Below are positions 10,148 through 18,547 of a DNA stretch of 64,000 nucleotides, piece by piece (within the stretch, counting starts at the first letter, position 1; every line of letters begins with the position of its first letter). The notes under the pieces are model-generated. The model saw only the letters and a program-made list of their open reading frames with translations. It was not told the origin of the DNA and ran no database searches. The stretch is from Dehalococcoidia bacterium. GTDB lineage: Bacteria > Chloroflexota > Dehalococcoidia > GIF9 > UBA5629. The stretch is from the NCBI GenBank assembly GCA_050011565.1, contig JBEKIW010000005.1:1-64000 (forward strand), in the 5' to 3' direction. Made by a program: the position numbers and the translations under genes.

Positions 10148-11347
10148 TTATTCAATGATTTTACCGATGACTCCGGCTCCGACTGTCTTGCCACCTTCGC
10201 GAATGGCAAAGCGTAGTCCCTGTTCCAGAGCTACCGGATAAATAAGCTTTATGGTCATTTTTATGTTATCGCCCGGCATGACCATTTCCACACCCTTGGG
10301 CAATTCGGCAACGCCGGTAATATCAAGGGTCCTTATATAGAACTGAGGTTTATAGCCATTAAAGAAGGGAGTATGCCGCCCACCTTCCTCCTTAGTTAAC
10401 ACGTAGACTTCAGCCTCAAAGTGAGTATGAGGCGTAATGGAGCCCGGTGCAGCCAGAACCTGCCCTCTCTCTATATCCTCGCGCTCTATGCCTCTGAGCA
10501 AGCATCCAACCGCGTCTCCAGGTTCACCACTGTCCAGAGTTTTATGGAACATCTCCACGCCGGTTACTACGGTCTTCCGTGTATCTTTGATACCCACAAT
10601 TTCAATTTCGTCGCCGGTCTTAACTATGCCGCGCTCCACCCTACCGGTGGCTACGGTGCCGCGTCCCTTGATACCGAATACGTCCTCTACCGGCATCAAG
10701 AAGGGCTTATCTTTGGGTCTGACAGGAAGTGGAACCCACTCATCTACAGCATCCATCAACTGTAAAATTTTACCGCACCATTCGCATTCTCGCTTGCCAC
10801 AACCGCATTCCAATGCCTTCAGAGCGCTCACCCGAACGATAGGAGTTTTATCTCCTGGGAATTTTTGTTTGGACAGAAGGTCTCTGACTTCGAGTTCAAC
10901 GAGGTCAAGCAGTTCCGGGTCTTCCATCATATCTACTTTGTTCAATGCCACGAGTATGCTGGGCACTTCTACCTGGCGGGCTAAAAGAACATGTTCACGT
11001 GTCTGAGGCATAGGCCCATCAGGAGCACTAACTACCAGTATCGCACCATCCATTTGAGCCGCACCGGTAATCATATTTTTAATATAGTCAGCATGCCCCG
11101 GACAATCCACGTGAGCATAATGCCGCTTTGCAGTCTCGTACTCAATATGGGCGATAGCTATTGTCAAGCCGCGTGCTTTCTCTTCAGGTGCATTATCGAT
11201 GGAATCGAAGGCACGAAATTGAGTCTCTCCTTGCTTGGACAAACATAGAGTAATAGCCGATGTTAAAGTCGTCTTACCGTGGTCGACATGACCTATTGTT
11301 CCCACATTCAAATGTGGTTTCGTACGTTGAAAGACCTTCTTTGCCAT
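10148..11347 (-). CDS. tuf: Elongation factor Tu
   Basis: [27 protein letters not shown]. Confidence 0.98.
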   Translation of the reverse strand: MAKKVFQRTKPHLNVGTIGHVDHGKTTLTSAITLCLSKQGETQFRAFDSIDNAPEEKARGLTIAIAHIEYETAKRHYAHVDCPGHADYIKNMITGAAQMDGAILVVSAPDGPMPQTREHVLLARQVEVPSILVALNKVDMMEDPELLDLVELEVRDLLSKQKFPGDKTPIVRVSALKALECGCGKRECEWCGKILQLMDAVDEWVPLPVRPKDKPFLMPVEDVFGIKGRGTVATGRVERGIVKTGDEIEIVGIKDTRKTVVTGVEMFHKTLDSGEPGDAVGCLLRGIEREDIERGQVLAAPGSITPHTHFEAEVYVLTKEEGGRHTPFFNGYKPQFYIRTLDITGVAELPKGVEMVMPGDNIKMTIKLIYPVALEQGLRFAIREGGKTVGAGVIGKIIE

Positions 11348-11371
11348 TTTAGAGAACCTCCTTCTTTACAC

Positions 11372-11444
11372 AGCCCACAACCAGATTCGAACTGGTGACC
11401 CCGTTCTTACCAAGAACGTGCTCTACCTGCTGAGCTATGTGGGC
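11372..11444 (-). tRNA. tRNA-Thr(GGT)
   Basis: Cloverleaf; anticodon arm CGTTC-TTGGTAA-GAACG; CCA not encoded. Confidence 0.93.
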
Positions 11445-11516
11445 AAATTTTCCACATATTATACAGTATAGAATCAAATTATACACTATTTTAATAAAGC
11501 CGCAAAACCTCCGAGA

Positions 11517-11602
11517 TGGTGGAGGGGGTAGGATTCGAACCTACGTAGCCTTCAGGCGGCAGATTTACAGTCTGCTCCGATTGTCCACTCCGGCACCCCT
11601 CC
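11517..11602 (-). tRNA. tRNA-Tyr(GTA)
   Basis: GCAGA-CTGTAAA-TCTGC; long variable arm; CCA. Confidence 0.93.
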
Positions 11603-11622
11603 CAACCCTGGCTTAAAGTCAA

Positions 11623-11695
11623 AGCCCGAGAGGGGAGTCGAACCCACTAACCTACCGATTACAAGTCGGTTGCGCTACCATTGCGCTACTCGGGC
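11623..11695 (-). tRNA. tRNA-Thr(TGT)
   Basis: ACCGA-CTTGTAA-TCGGT; GTTCGAC T-loop. Confidence 0.93.
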
Positions 11696-11746
11696 AAATC
11701 AAGAAACCTCTCGGGCAACATCAATCTGAACAAACTACGGGTTGTT

Positions 11747-11775
11747 AGTATATGAAAAGGTATGGCAAAAGTCAA
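11747..11775 (-). promoter_or_regulatory. Sigma70 promoter of the tRNA-tuf operon
   Basis: TTGACT-17 nt-TATACT. Confidence 0.65.
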
Positions 11776-11946
11776 GAAACTGCGCTCCTCTAGGGTCTGA
11801 ATACAATCAAACGGAATGGTTGCATTGACAATGCCCCATTGTTATAATTGATTGACTAGCGGGATAGCGGACGGTAATAGGTAGACACGGTAACAAGGTC
11901 TGGGCGCTAATCTCATCCCGCTGAAATAGTGAGAGAGGTTAAGAAG

Positions 11947-12402
11947 ATGGCAGAAAAGCCTCGAAGGGCTAGAGTCCAGAATATCATAAAAAATCTCCTC
12001 GATTCGGAGATTCCTGAGATACAGTCCATGGCCAACAAGTTGGCAGAGCAGATCAAAGAGTTAGAAGAACATAGTTCTAGGCTCCGAACCTACATTACCC
12101 AAATCGAGAACCTGGCGACGGACGAAGCTAGCGCTATGGCTGAGACCCGAATCGGCGATATACTCAAGGATTTAGATAAGGCGTTAGGTGAGCTAAGACA
12201 CAGGTCCAAGAGAAGCTTAGCTACTAGAGCCGAAGCTGCGGTTTCACCTCCAAAAAGAGTGGCTATCGAAGAAAGGCCCGAACGTGAGGCTGAAGAGGTA
12301 GAAGAGGAAGAAGAACCAGAGGAGATCACGCCTGGACAGGGAATGCGGCTGGAAACCTACAAGACCCCGGAGGGGTACCTGATTAAGAAGTCACGCATCT
12401 AA
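11947..12402 (+). CDS. Hypothetical coiled-coil protein with acidic tail
   Basis: GAGAGG SD, heptad pattern, Glu-rich segment; GTG at 11929 is an alternative start. Confidence 0.7.
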   Translation: MAEKPRRARVQNIIKNLLDSEIPEIQSMANKLAEQIKELEEHSSRLRTYITQIENLATDEASAMAETRIGDILKDLDKALGELRHRSKRSLATRAEAAVSPPKRVAIEERPEREAEEVEEEEEPEEITPGQGMRLETYKTPEGYLIKKSRI

Positions 12403-12414
12403 ATTTGGCTTGCT

Positions 12415-12488
12415 GCCCCTGTAGCTCAGATGGATAGAGCAGCGGTTTCCTAAACCGCGTGTCGGGCGTTCGAATCGCCCCAGGGGTA
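12415..12488 (+). tRNA. tRNA-Arg(CCT)
   Basis: GCGGT-TTCCTAA-ACCGC. Confidence 0.93.
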
Positions 12489-12508
12489 CTTTGATTCCAA
12501 AAAGATAT

Positions 12509-12584
12509 AGGGGTGTAGCTCAGTTGGGAGAGCAGCGGTCTCCAAAACCGCAGGTCGCGGGTTCGAATCCTGCCGCCCCTGCCA
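12509..12584 (+). tRNA. tRNA-Trp(CCA)
   Basis: GCGGT-CTCCAAA-ACCGC; CCA end. Confidence 0.94.
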
Positions 12585-12628
12585 GTTTTTAATACCTGGT
12601 GCAGGGCGGCAGTCAATTCACTACTGTT

Positions 12629-12859
12629 TCAGAAGTGGTAAAAACAGCACGGTTCGGTTGAACCGCAATCGTGATAGACTTGATTGCCGCTTTGCCTAAA
12701 TTTTCGGGTCGGCACCAATAAACCTGCAGAAAGCCAAAGCGTTTCTAGGGCCTTACATTTCGGACAGACAACAATAACCTCATCAAGGGCTGAACATATG
12801 TCCTGCCCGTTCCCTTCTATATCGTTTTGAACATGTTGTTGAGCTAACGCAACGGACAT
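12629..12859 (-). CDS. Small Cys-rich hypothetical protein
   Basis: 76 aa; CPKC and HDC motifs; GGAGG SD. Confidence 0.65.
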   Translation of the reverse strand: MSVALAQQHVQNDIEGNGQDICSALDEVIVVCPKCKALETLWLSAGLLVPTRKFRQSGNQVYHDCGSTEPCCFYHF

Positions 12860-12891
12860 GTGCTTTCCCTCCGAAAAAACTAGTTATTGTT

Positions 12892-12959
12892 ATTTTAAGT
12901 TAGCAATTGTAAAGAAATCATAAAATAGCGCCGAAAATAATAAAAAATTCATTAACTTT
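12892..12959 (-). promoter_or_regulatory. Shared phased-repeat promoter, copy 1 (degenerate)
   Basis: TTTTATGATT-18 nt-TAAAAT, with upstream TTAATGAATTTTTTATT. Confidence 0.5.
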
Positions 12960-13022
12960 AGCTAAAAAGCCGTGTCAAACCAACAATCTACGTAGGGCAA
13001 ATTAAATTTTGCGTGCTAAATA

Positions 13023-13232
13023 TTAGGGGTACAACTGGTTACCATCGTCATCTTCAATGATAACAGCGTTCTCCGGGCAACTTTCAGCGGCACTCATCAA
13101 TATATCTTCATCGACAGATTCCGGTTTTAGAACCACGGCTTTATTGCTCTTATCCAACGTGAACACCGTTGGTGCCACAGCTACGCAGTTCCCTATTCCT
13201 GTGCACAAATTTCTATCAACACGTATCCTCAT
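13023..13232 (-). CDS. Single-cluster ferredoxin
   Basis: CTGIGNCVAVAP...SCP. Confidence 0.85.
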   Translation of the reverse strand: MRIRVDRNLCTGIGNCVAVAPTVFTLDKSNKAVVLKPESVDEDILMSAAESCPENAVIIEDDDGNQLYP

Positions 13233-13279
13233 TTGACAACTCCCACAGAGTCATTGCTATATCCCCGGCACACCACCGG

Positions 13280-13753
13280 TTAAGGCAACATCTTTGCCAC
13301 TTTTAACAGCACGACACCTATGGCACCCAGCGCCAGGGCAACGACTATCATAAATCCTCCGACTGCCGTAGCTATGGTAGTCACACCGAAGCTGAGCGCC
13401 CCCACGTATAGGTAGTTCTCCAGGTTCAGTGCCTGAGCATACGTCACATCCTTGGGATTAGTCGGGTCGAATTTACCCCCGGCTAACAGGTCCGAATACG
13501 TGGGAGCTATTGCATGCCTGTGTCCGCGTACGGTATCGCCTGCTATTTGGGCTGACTCGGCAGTATCGATTATCTCATTAGCTTTATCGCCTGTTACACC
13601 AAGCGCTGACAATTTAACATTTTCCTGCTTCATAATACCCGTAAGTAATGCCTGTTTGGATACCCCCTGGTATACAAACACGATTCCCATAGCTAAGGCA
13701 ATAACTCCAAAGACCAGTACTAGAATGCTGAGGTTTTTGACTATCCTGTTCAT
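13280..13753 (-). CDS. Hypothetical 2-TM membrane protein
   Basis: 157 aa; terminal TM helices; AGGAGGAG SD. Confidence 0.7.
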   Translation of the reverse strand: MNRIVKNLSILVLVFGVIALAMGIVFVYQGVSKQALLTGIMKQENVKLSALGVTGDKANEIIDTAESAQIAGDTVRGHRHAIAPTYSDLLAGGKFDPTNPKDVTYAQALNLENYLYVGALSFGVTTIATAVGGFMIVVALALGAIGVVLLKVAKMLP

Positions 13754-13880
13754 GACTCCTCCTTTTTACGGTGCTTTCATAGATAAAAACATCTCTTTAA
13801 TCGCCCCCGTTCATTCACCTCCTTTAAAGATTTTTGAGCTTTTGGCTAAATTTGTGCTAAACCGACTTCAGCGTCAGGCA

Positions 13881-13948
13881 ATAGTAACAGACCAGCAATA
13901 ACAAAGTCATAAAACACACATGTATAAAAGTTAAAAAATCATAACATT
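13881..13948 (-). promoter_or_regulatory. Shared phased-repeat promoter, copy 2
   Basis: AATGTTATGATTTTTTAACTT...TTTTATGACT-18 nt-TACTAT. Confidence 0.65.
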
Positions 13949-14066
13949 TTAAGGCCACTGTTGGCATCGAAAACTATACTCAGTATAAGCACAATCAATA
14001 ATGGTCATCGAAACCGAAGGACGGCTGCGGGACATAAAAGAAGTTATTTGTTAAAATGCTGGCGCA

Positions 14067-16697
14067 ATGACTGAACCCTGGTCTGAAAACCTGGATAATA
14101 TATTTCACTCATTAAATACGGAGCCTGGTACCGGACTCTCCCAGGCTGAAGCCAAAAAGAGGCTAAATCAGTTTGGTGACAATCGGCTGACGATAGAAAG
14201 GACCGTCAGTCTCTGGGGTGTTTTTAAAGAAGAAATTAAAGAGCCGATGATTGTGCTCCTGCTTATCGTCGGTATAATTTACAGTATTTGGGGTCAAGCT
14301 AGAGATGCTATAACCATATTCGTCATAATTATAGCCCTGGTATTCGTGGAAATATTTACTGAGTACCGCGCTAAAAAGGGAATCGCTGCTCTCAGAAAGT
14401 TCTCCCAACCGACTGTCACCTTGCTGCGCGACGGACTCTACCAGAGCATACCAACAACAGACGTAGTAAAGGGCGATATAGCAATATTAGAAGTCGGGGA
14501 AATTATTCCAGCGGATATCAGAATAATCAGCTCATTCGGCCTGCAAACCAACGAATCTGCTCTTACGGGTGAATCTACTCCCGTCGCCAAATACGATAAG
14601 ATACTTCCCCACGATGCAGTCCTGGCAGAAAGGAACAACATGATATTTGCCGGGACAACCATTACCCGCGGCCGGGGGACAGGTGTGGTAACAGCCACCG
14701 GCATGGCAACTGAGCTTGGCAGGATAACCGGACTGGTTGTCGAAGCCAAAGAACCCAGGACCAGTTTGCAGCAGTCAATGAAGCAACTAGCCGGCCTTTT
14801 AGTATGGGTCGCCGTGTCCTTTAGCATCCTTATTCCAATAGCAGGAATAATACAGCACAAGCCTTTAAAGGATATGATTTTGACCGGCCTTTCTCTGTCG
14901 TTCGCTACTATTCCTGAAGAGTTGCCCATAATCATCACCATGGTGCTTGGTGTCGGCGCCCTGGCCCTTTCCAGGAAAAATGTGCTTATAAGACGGCTAA
15001 GCACAGCCGAGACTCTAGGAGATGTCACCACTATTGTTACCGATAAAACTGGAACAATTACGGAAAACAGGATGACTCTTGCCAGAATTTCGACAGATAC
15101 TACTTCGAAATCGTTTGCCGGCGACAGCTTATCGCCATCCGATTTATTGCTGTTACGAATCGGCCTGCTAACCTCCTGTACCCGAATAACCTCGGGTGGC
15201 TGCAATTCAGATGACCCCATGGAAGCCGCGATTATCGAGGCCGCTAAGACCGCTGGCATTATTCCTGAGGAGCAACTGGCAAAGTTCAACCTGCAAACGG
15301 AGTTCAGCTTTGATAACGAACGAAAAATGATGTCTGCTATCTTCCGTCAAAATGGCGAATCTGTTGTCTACGCCAAGGGGGCGCCGGAAATCATTATGGC
15401 CAGAAGCTCAAGGATAATGCAGGGGCTTTCAGAGCGCAAGAAGACAGACCAAGATAATGAAGCCGTAAGAAATACTATCGAGAGCATGGCAAGCCAAGCC
15501 ATGAGAGTTATCGCCTTCGCCTACAAAAAGGTTGAAGACGGAGCGAATATCGCCCAGTCAGAGGCAGAAGACAGCCTTGTATTTGTCGGGTTAGCCGGAC
15601 TGGTTGACCCCTTACGGCCCGGCGTCATAGAAGCCTTCAAAACAACAAAAGAAGCAGGAATAAGAACCATCATTGTATCCGGGGATTATCCTCTTACCGT
15701 ACAAAAAGTCGCTTCTCAGGTCGGAATCGATTCTGGTGGCAGCCTGATCACAGGAGGGGAACTCGACCGAATGGATGACCGGGCACTTAAGGACAAACTC
15801 AAAGAAGTCTCCCTTTTTGCCCGGACTACTCCTGAACAAAAGTTAAGAATCGTCCGGCTGCTCCAGGAATCCGGAGAGATAGTTGGAGTCACCGGAGATG
15901 GCATTAACGATGCACCTGCCTTAAAGAGTGCAAATGTAGGTATCGCCATGGGAGAAACCGGCACCGAGGTGGCTCGGGAGGCTGCCGGCATGATATTAGC
16001 TGATGATAGCTTCAGTTCAATTACTGCTGGAGTTAGAGAGGGAAGGAAAATCTTTGATAATCTCAAAAAGGGCGTTGCCTACTACTTAAGCGTGAAAATA
16101 GCCCTGGTGCTCACTTTTCTAATTCCTCTTTTACTTAACATACCTTTCCCTTTTTCACCCATTCAAATCATTCTTCTGGAGTTGTTCATGGACCTGGCAG
16201 CCTCAACTACTTTTGTTGTTGAGCCCATGGAACCGGGCACAATGCAGAGACCGCCCCGTGAGCAGAAGGAAAAATTCATCAATGGCAGTATGTTGACTAA
16301 CATATCCGTAGGTAGCATCAGCCTCGCTGCAGCCGTTCTAATAAACTATCTATTAGTCTGGTACCGTGGCTGGGGAGCGGTTCAGGCACAGACCATTGCC
16401 TTTGCCACGTGGTTGATTGGCCACATTTTCCTGGCCGTAACAATGCGCTCCCATCGAGAACCGATATGGAAGATAGGCATTTTATCAAACAAAGCCATGC
16501 TAGTATGGGCGGCAACAGCCCTGGCATTCTTAATATTGGTAACTAATCTTTCAATTGCACAGGCACCTTTAAAGCTGACCACCCTGAACCCCAATGGCTG
16601 GCTTTTGGCATTCCTCACTCCTCTTATTACCGTCTTCCTGTTTGAAATAAAAAAGCTAGCAGCACAGCACGGGGCCGTGAGATTTAATCCCAGATAG
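14067..16697 (+). CDS. Type II cation-transporting P-type ATPase
   Basis: TGES, PEEL, DKTGT, KGAPE, GDGINDAPALK. Confidence 0.93.
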   Translation: MTEPWSENLDNIFHSLNTEPGTGLSQAEAKKRLNQFGDNRLTIERTVSLWGVFKEEIKEPMIVLLLIVGIIYSIWGQARDAITIFVIIIALVFVEIFTEYRAKKGIAALRKFSQPTVTLLRDGLYQSIPTTDVVKGDIAILEVGEIIPADIRIISSFGLQTNESALTGESTPVAKYDKILPHDAVLAERNNMIFAGTTITRGRGTGVVTATGMATELGRITGLVVEAKEPRTSLQQSMKQLAGLLVWVAVSFSILIPIAGIIQHKPLKDMILTGLSLSFATIPEELPIIITMVLGVGALALSRKNVLIRRLSTAETLGDVTTIVTDKTGTITENRMTLARISTDTTSKSFAGDSLSPSDLLLLRIGLLTSCTRITSGGCNSDDPMEAAIIEAAKTAGIIPEEQLAKFNLQTEFSFDNERKMMSAIFRQNGESVVYAKGAPEIIMARSSRIMQGLSERKKTDQDNEAVRNTIESMASQAMRVIAFAYKKVEDGANIAQSEAEDSLVFVGLAGLVDPLRPGVIEAFKTTKEAGIRTIIVSGDYPLTVQKVASQVGIDSGGSLITGGELDRMDDRALKDKLKEVSLFARTTPEQKLRIVRLLQESGEIVGVTGDGINDAPALKSANVGIAMGETGTEVAREAAGMILADDSFSSITAGVREGRKIFDNLKKGVAYYLSVKIALVLTFLIPLLLNIPFPFSPIQIILLELFMDLAASTTFVVEPMEPGTMQRPPREQKEKFINGSMLTNISVGSISLAAAVLINYLLVWYRGWGAVQAQTIAFATWLIGHIFLAVTMRSHREPIWKIGILSNKAMLVWAATALAFLILVTNLSIAQAPLKLTTLNPNGWLLAFLTPLITVFLFEIKKLAAQHGAVRFNPR

Positions 16698-16753
16698 GAA
16701 TACTCTATTTCCGACCTACGCTAAAACGTTAAGTAACACAAGCTCGACGCCTG

Positions 16754-17854
16754 CTACTGTGTTGGGCTAGCTACTAGTGTGGCAAAAGTCTGGTTTTCTT
16801 TTCCATTCCTAATAAAGCTTATTTCTACCCGGTCTCCGATATGCCCCGAGATAATGGCTTGCCTCAACGCTTCCGCAGTAGTAACTTTTTGTCCGGCAAA
16901 CTGAGTAACGATGTCTCCCACCTCGAGCCCCGCTTTACCGGCCGGACCGCCTGGGTCAACCGAGGTTATTACCACCCCATTAGTGGTGGTATATAGTCCA
17001 ACTCCCAGGTAAGATCGTATAACACGTCCTTGATGCACTAATTGCTCGATGACCGGCAGGGCTGGTGTAATAGCTATAGCAAAACCGATATTCTCCGCTT
17101 GAGAAGCGACAGCAGTATTGATGCCTATTACCTGACCCGCCATATTCAGTAGCGGACCACCGCTATTTCCAGGGTTAATGGCTGCATCGGTCTGGATAAG
17201 GTCATAGAGGACGGTACCGTTAGGCTCCATAATAGAGCGCCCTATGTAGCTCACTATACCTGAAGTCACCGTAGGACCGCCTTCGAGTGCTAGCGCATTA
17301 CCAACAGCGACAACACCCTCACCAACCAGAAGAGTCTTGGAGCTCCCAATTTCTGCTACCGGTAAATTTTTAGCATCGATCTGGATTACCGCCACGTCAG
17401 TCAGCGGGTCTCCATTCACTTTGACAGCGTCGAAACTTCGGCCGTCATCCGTGATAACCTGTACGCTTTGAGCGTTCTCGATTACATGATTGTTGGTGAC
17501 AATATAGCCATTGCTGTCAATGACGATCCCGGTACCAACACCCTGACCAGGTATCGGTTGCAGAAAAATATCATACGCAGTCACTTCCGTATGAACTGCG
17601 ACCACGCTCGGAGTTATCTTTTTAACGATATCCGGGATTGACATAGGGGGCAGGTTTGACGACACCGCTCCCGTCCACGGGGGTATCCATGATGCATTTA
17701 TAGATTCCCCCGTTATATACTTGCTGGCTACTTGCACGGGAGGCTGCCCCACCGGCGTTTGCACAATGGTCACCGCGCAGCCGGCACTAACGAGGGCCAG
17801 GGCTGCCATAACCAAAAGAACCAATGAAAATAGGAACCGTTTTTTCTTCAACAT
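16754..17854 (-). CDS. HtrA/DegP serine protease with PDZ domain (probable lipoprotein)
   Basis: TNNHV, INPGNSGGPL, PDZ. Confidence 0.93.
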   Translation of the reverse strand: MLKKKRFLFSLVLLVMAALALVSAGCAVTIVQTPVGQPPVQVASKYITGESINASWIPPWTGAVSSNLPPMSIPDIVKKITPSVVAVHTEVTAYDIFLQPIPGQGVGTGIVIDSNGYIVTNNHVIENAQSVQVITDDGRSFDAVKVNGDPLTDVAVIQIDAKNLPVAEIGSSKTLLVGEGVVAVGNALALEGGPTVTSGIVSYIGRSIMEPNGTVLYDLIQTDAAINPGNSGGPLLNMAGQVIGINTAVASQAENIGFAIAITPALPVIEQLVHQGRVIRSYLGVGLYTTTNGVVITSVDPGGPAGKAGLEVGDIVTQFAGQKVTTAEALRQAIISGHIGDRVEISFIRNGKENQTFATLVASPTQ

Positions 17855-17931
17855 GCTGGTTACTCCTATCTTTGTTCCTTACGTCACAATTTTAAATCGG
17901 AGTTATACGATGCCGCCAAACCAACGCTCAT

Positions 17932-18363
17932 CTATTTAGTAACAGTGAAAGTGCCTGTCATCACTGCGGGATGCACATCGCAACGGAAGAAATAATCCCC
18001 CGGAGTTGTCGGCGCCGTAAAACTATAAGTAATTGTTTTGGGGCCTGTAATAACCTCGCCTTTGAAAATCACCTCTGTTGCTGCTGACGTTGTATAAATA
18101 GCGACGTTGTGAGGGACAGCCTCTTTGTTATCAAAGACCATAGTCACATTTGCGCCTGCAGGAACAGTGATATTACTTTTGTCGAAGCGGAAGTTCATTG
18201 CGCTGATATTGACAGTAACTGCTTGCCCGCCGGGAGCTGGAGCTGGTGGAGTACTGGTATCTTGTGTGGGGGTAGAATAAGGTGTAGATGTGCATGCTGT
18301 CAGCACAGCTACCATCAGCCCTAAAATTAGAACCAACGCATGTTTCTTGGAGTACTCTTTCAT
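17932..18363 (-). CDS. Cupredoxin-domain lipoprotein
   Basis: Lipobox LTAC; HN...CDVHP..M type-1 copper ligands. Confidence 0.88.
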   Translation of the reverse strand: MKEYSKKHALVLILGLMVAVLTACTSTPYSTPTQDTSTPPAPAPGGQAVTVNISAMNFRFDKSNITVPAGANVTMVFDNKEAVPHNVAIYTTSAATEVIFKGEVITGPKTITYSFTAPTTPGDYFFRCDVHPAVMTGTFTVTK

Positions 18364-18410
18364 GTTACCTTCCTTTTATTTTATTTGTACATGAGATATG
18401 TACGATAACA

Positions 18411-18477
18411 ATACTATCAAGCTTAAAATTGCAAAGTCATAAAATAAAAGGCGGGAAAGTTAAAAAATTATGACATT
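18411..18477 (-). promoter_or_regulatory. Shared phased-repeat promoter, copy 3
   Basis: AATGTCATAATTTTTTAACTT...TTTTATGACT-18 nt-TAGTAT. Confidence 0.65.
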
Positions 18478-18547
18478 CCGACGAATACAGCGAAGAGGCA
18501 TGAACACGGCTGATACCAGATTATAGCCGATAAAGAGAGTAATTATT

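Noticed and set aside
12590-12599. TAATACCTGG identical to the flank of tRNA-Asn copy 2
   Set aside because: A single 10-mer match can arise by chance in 64 kb and the context differs
12383-12616. 77-aa minus-strand ORF
   Set aside because: Antisense to tRNA-Arg and tRNA-Trp
14438-15289. 283-aa antisense ORF and other long antisense ORFs (in rplL, tuf, pilT, rny)
   Set aside because: Opposite-strand shadows of conserved genes with no motifs
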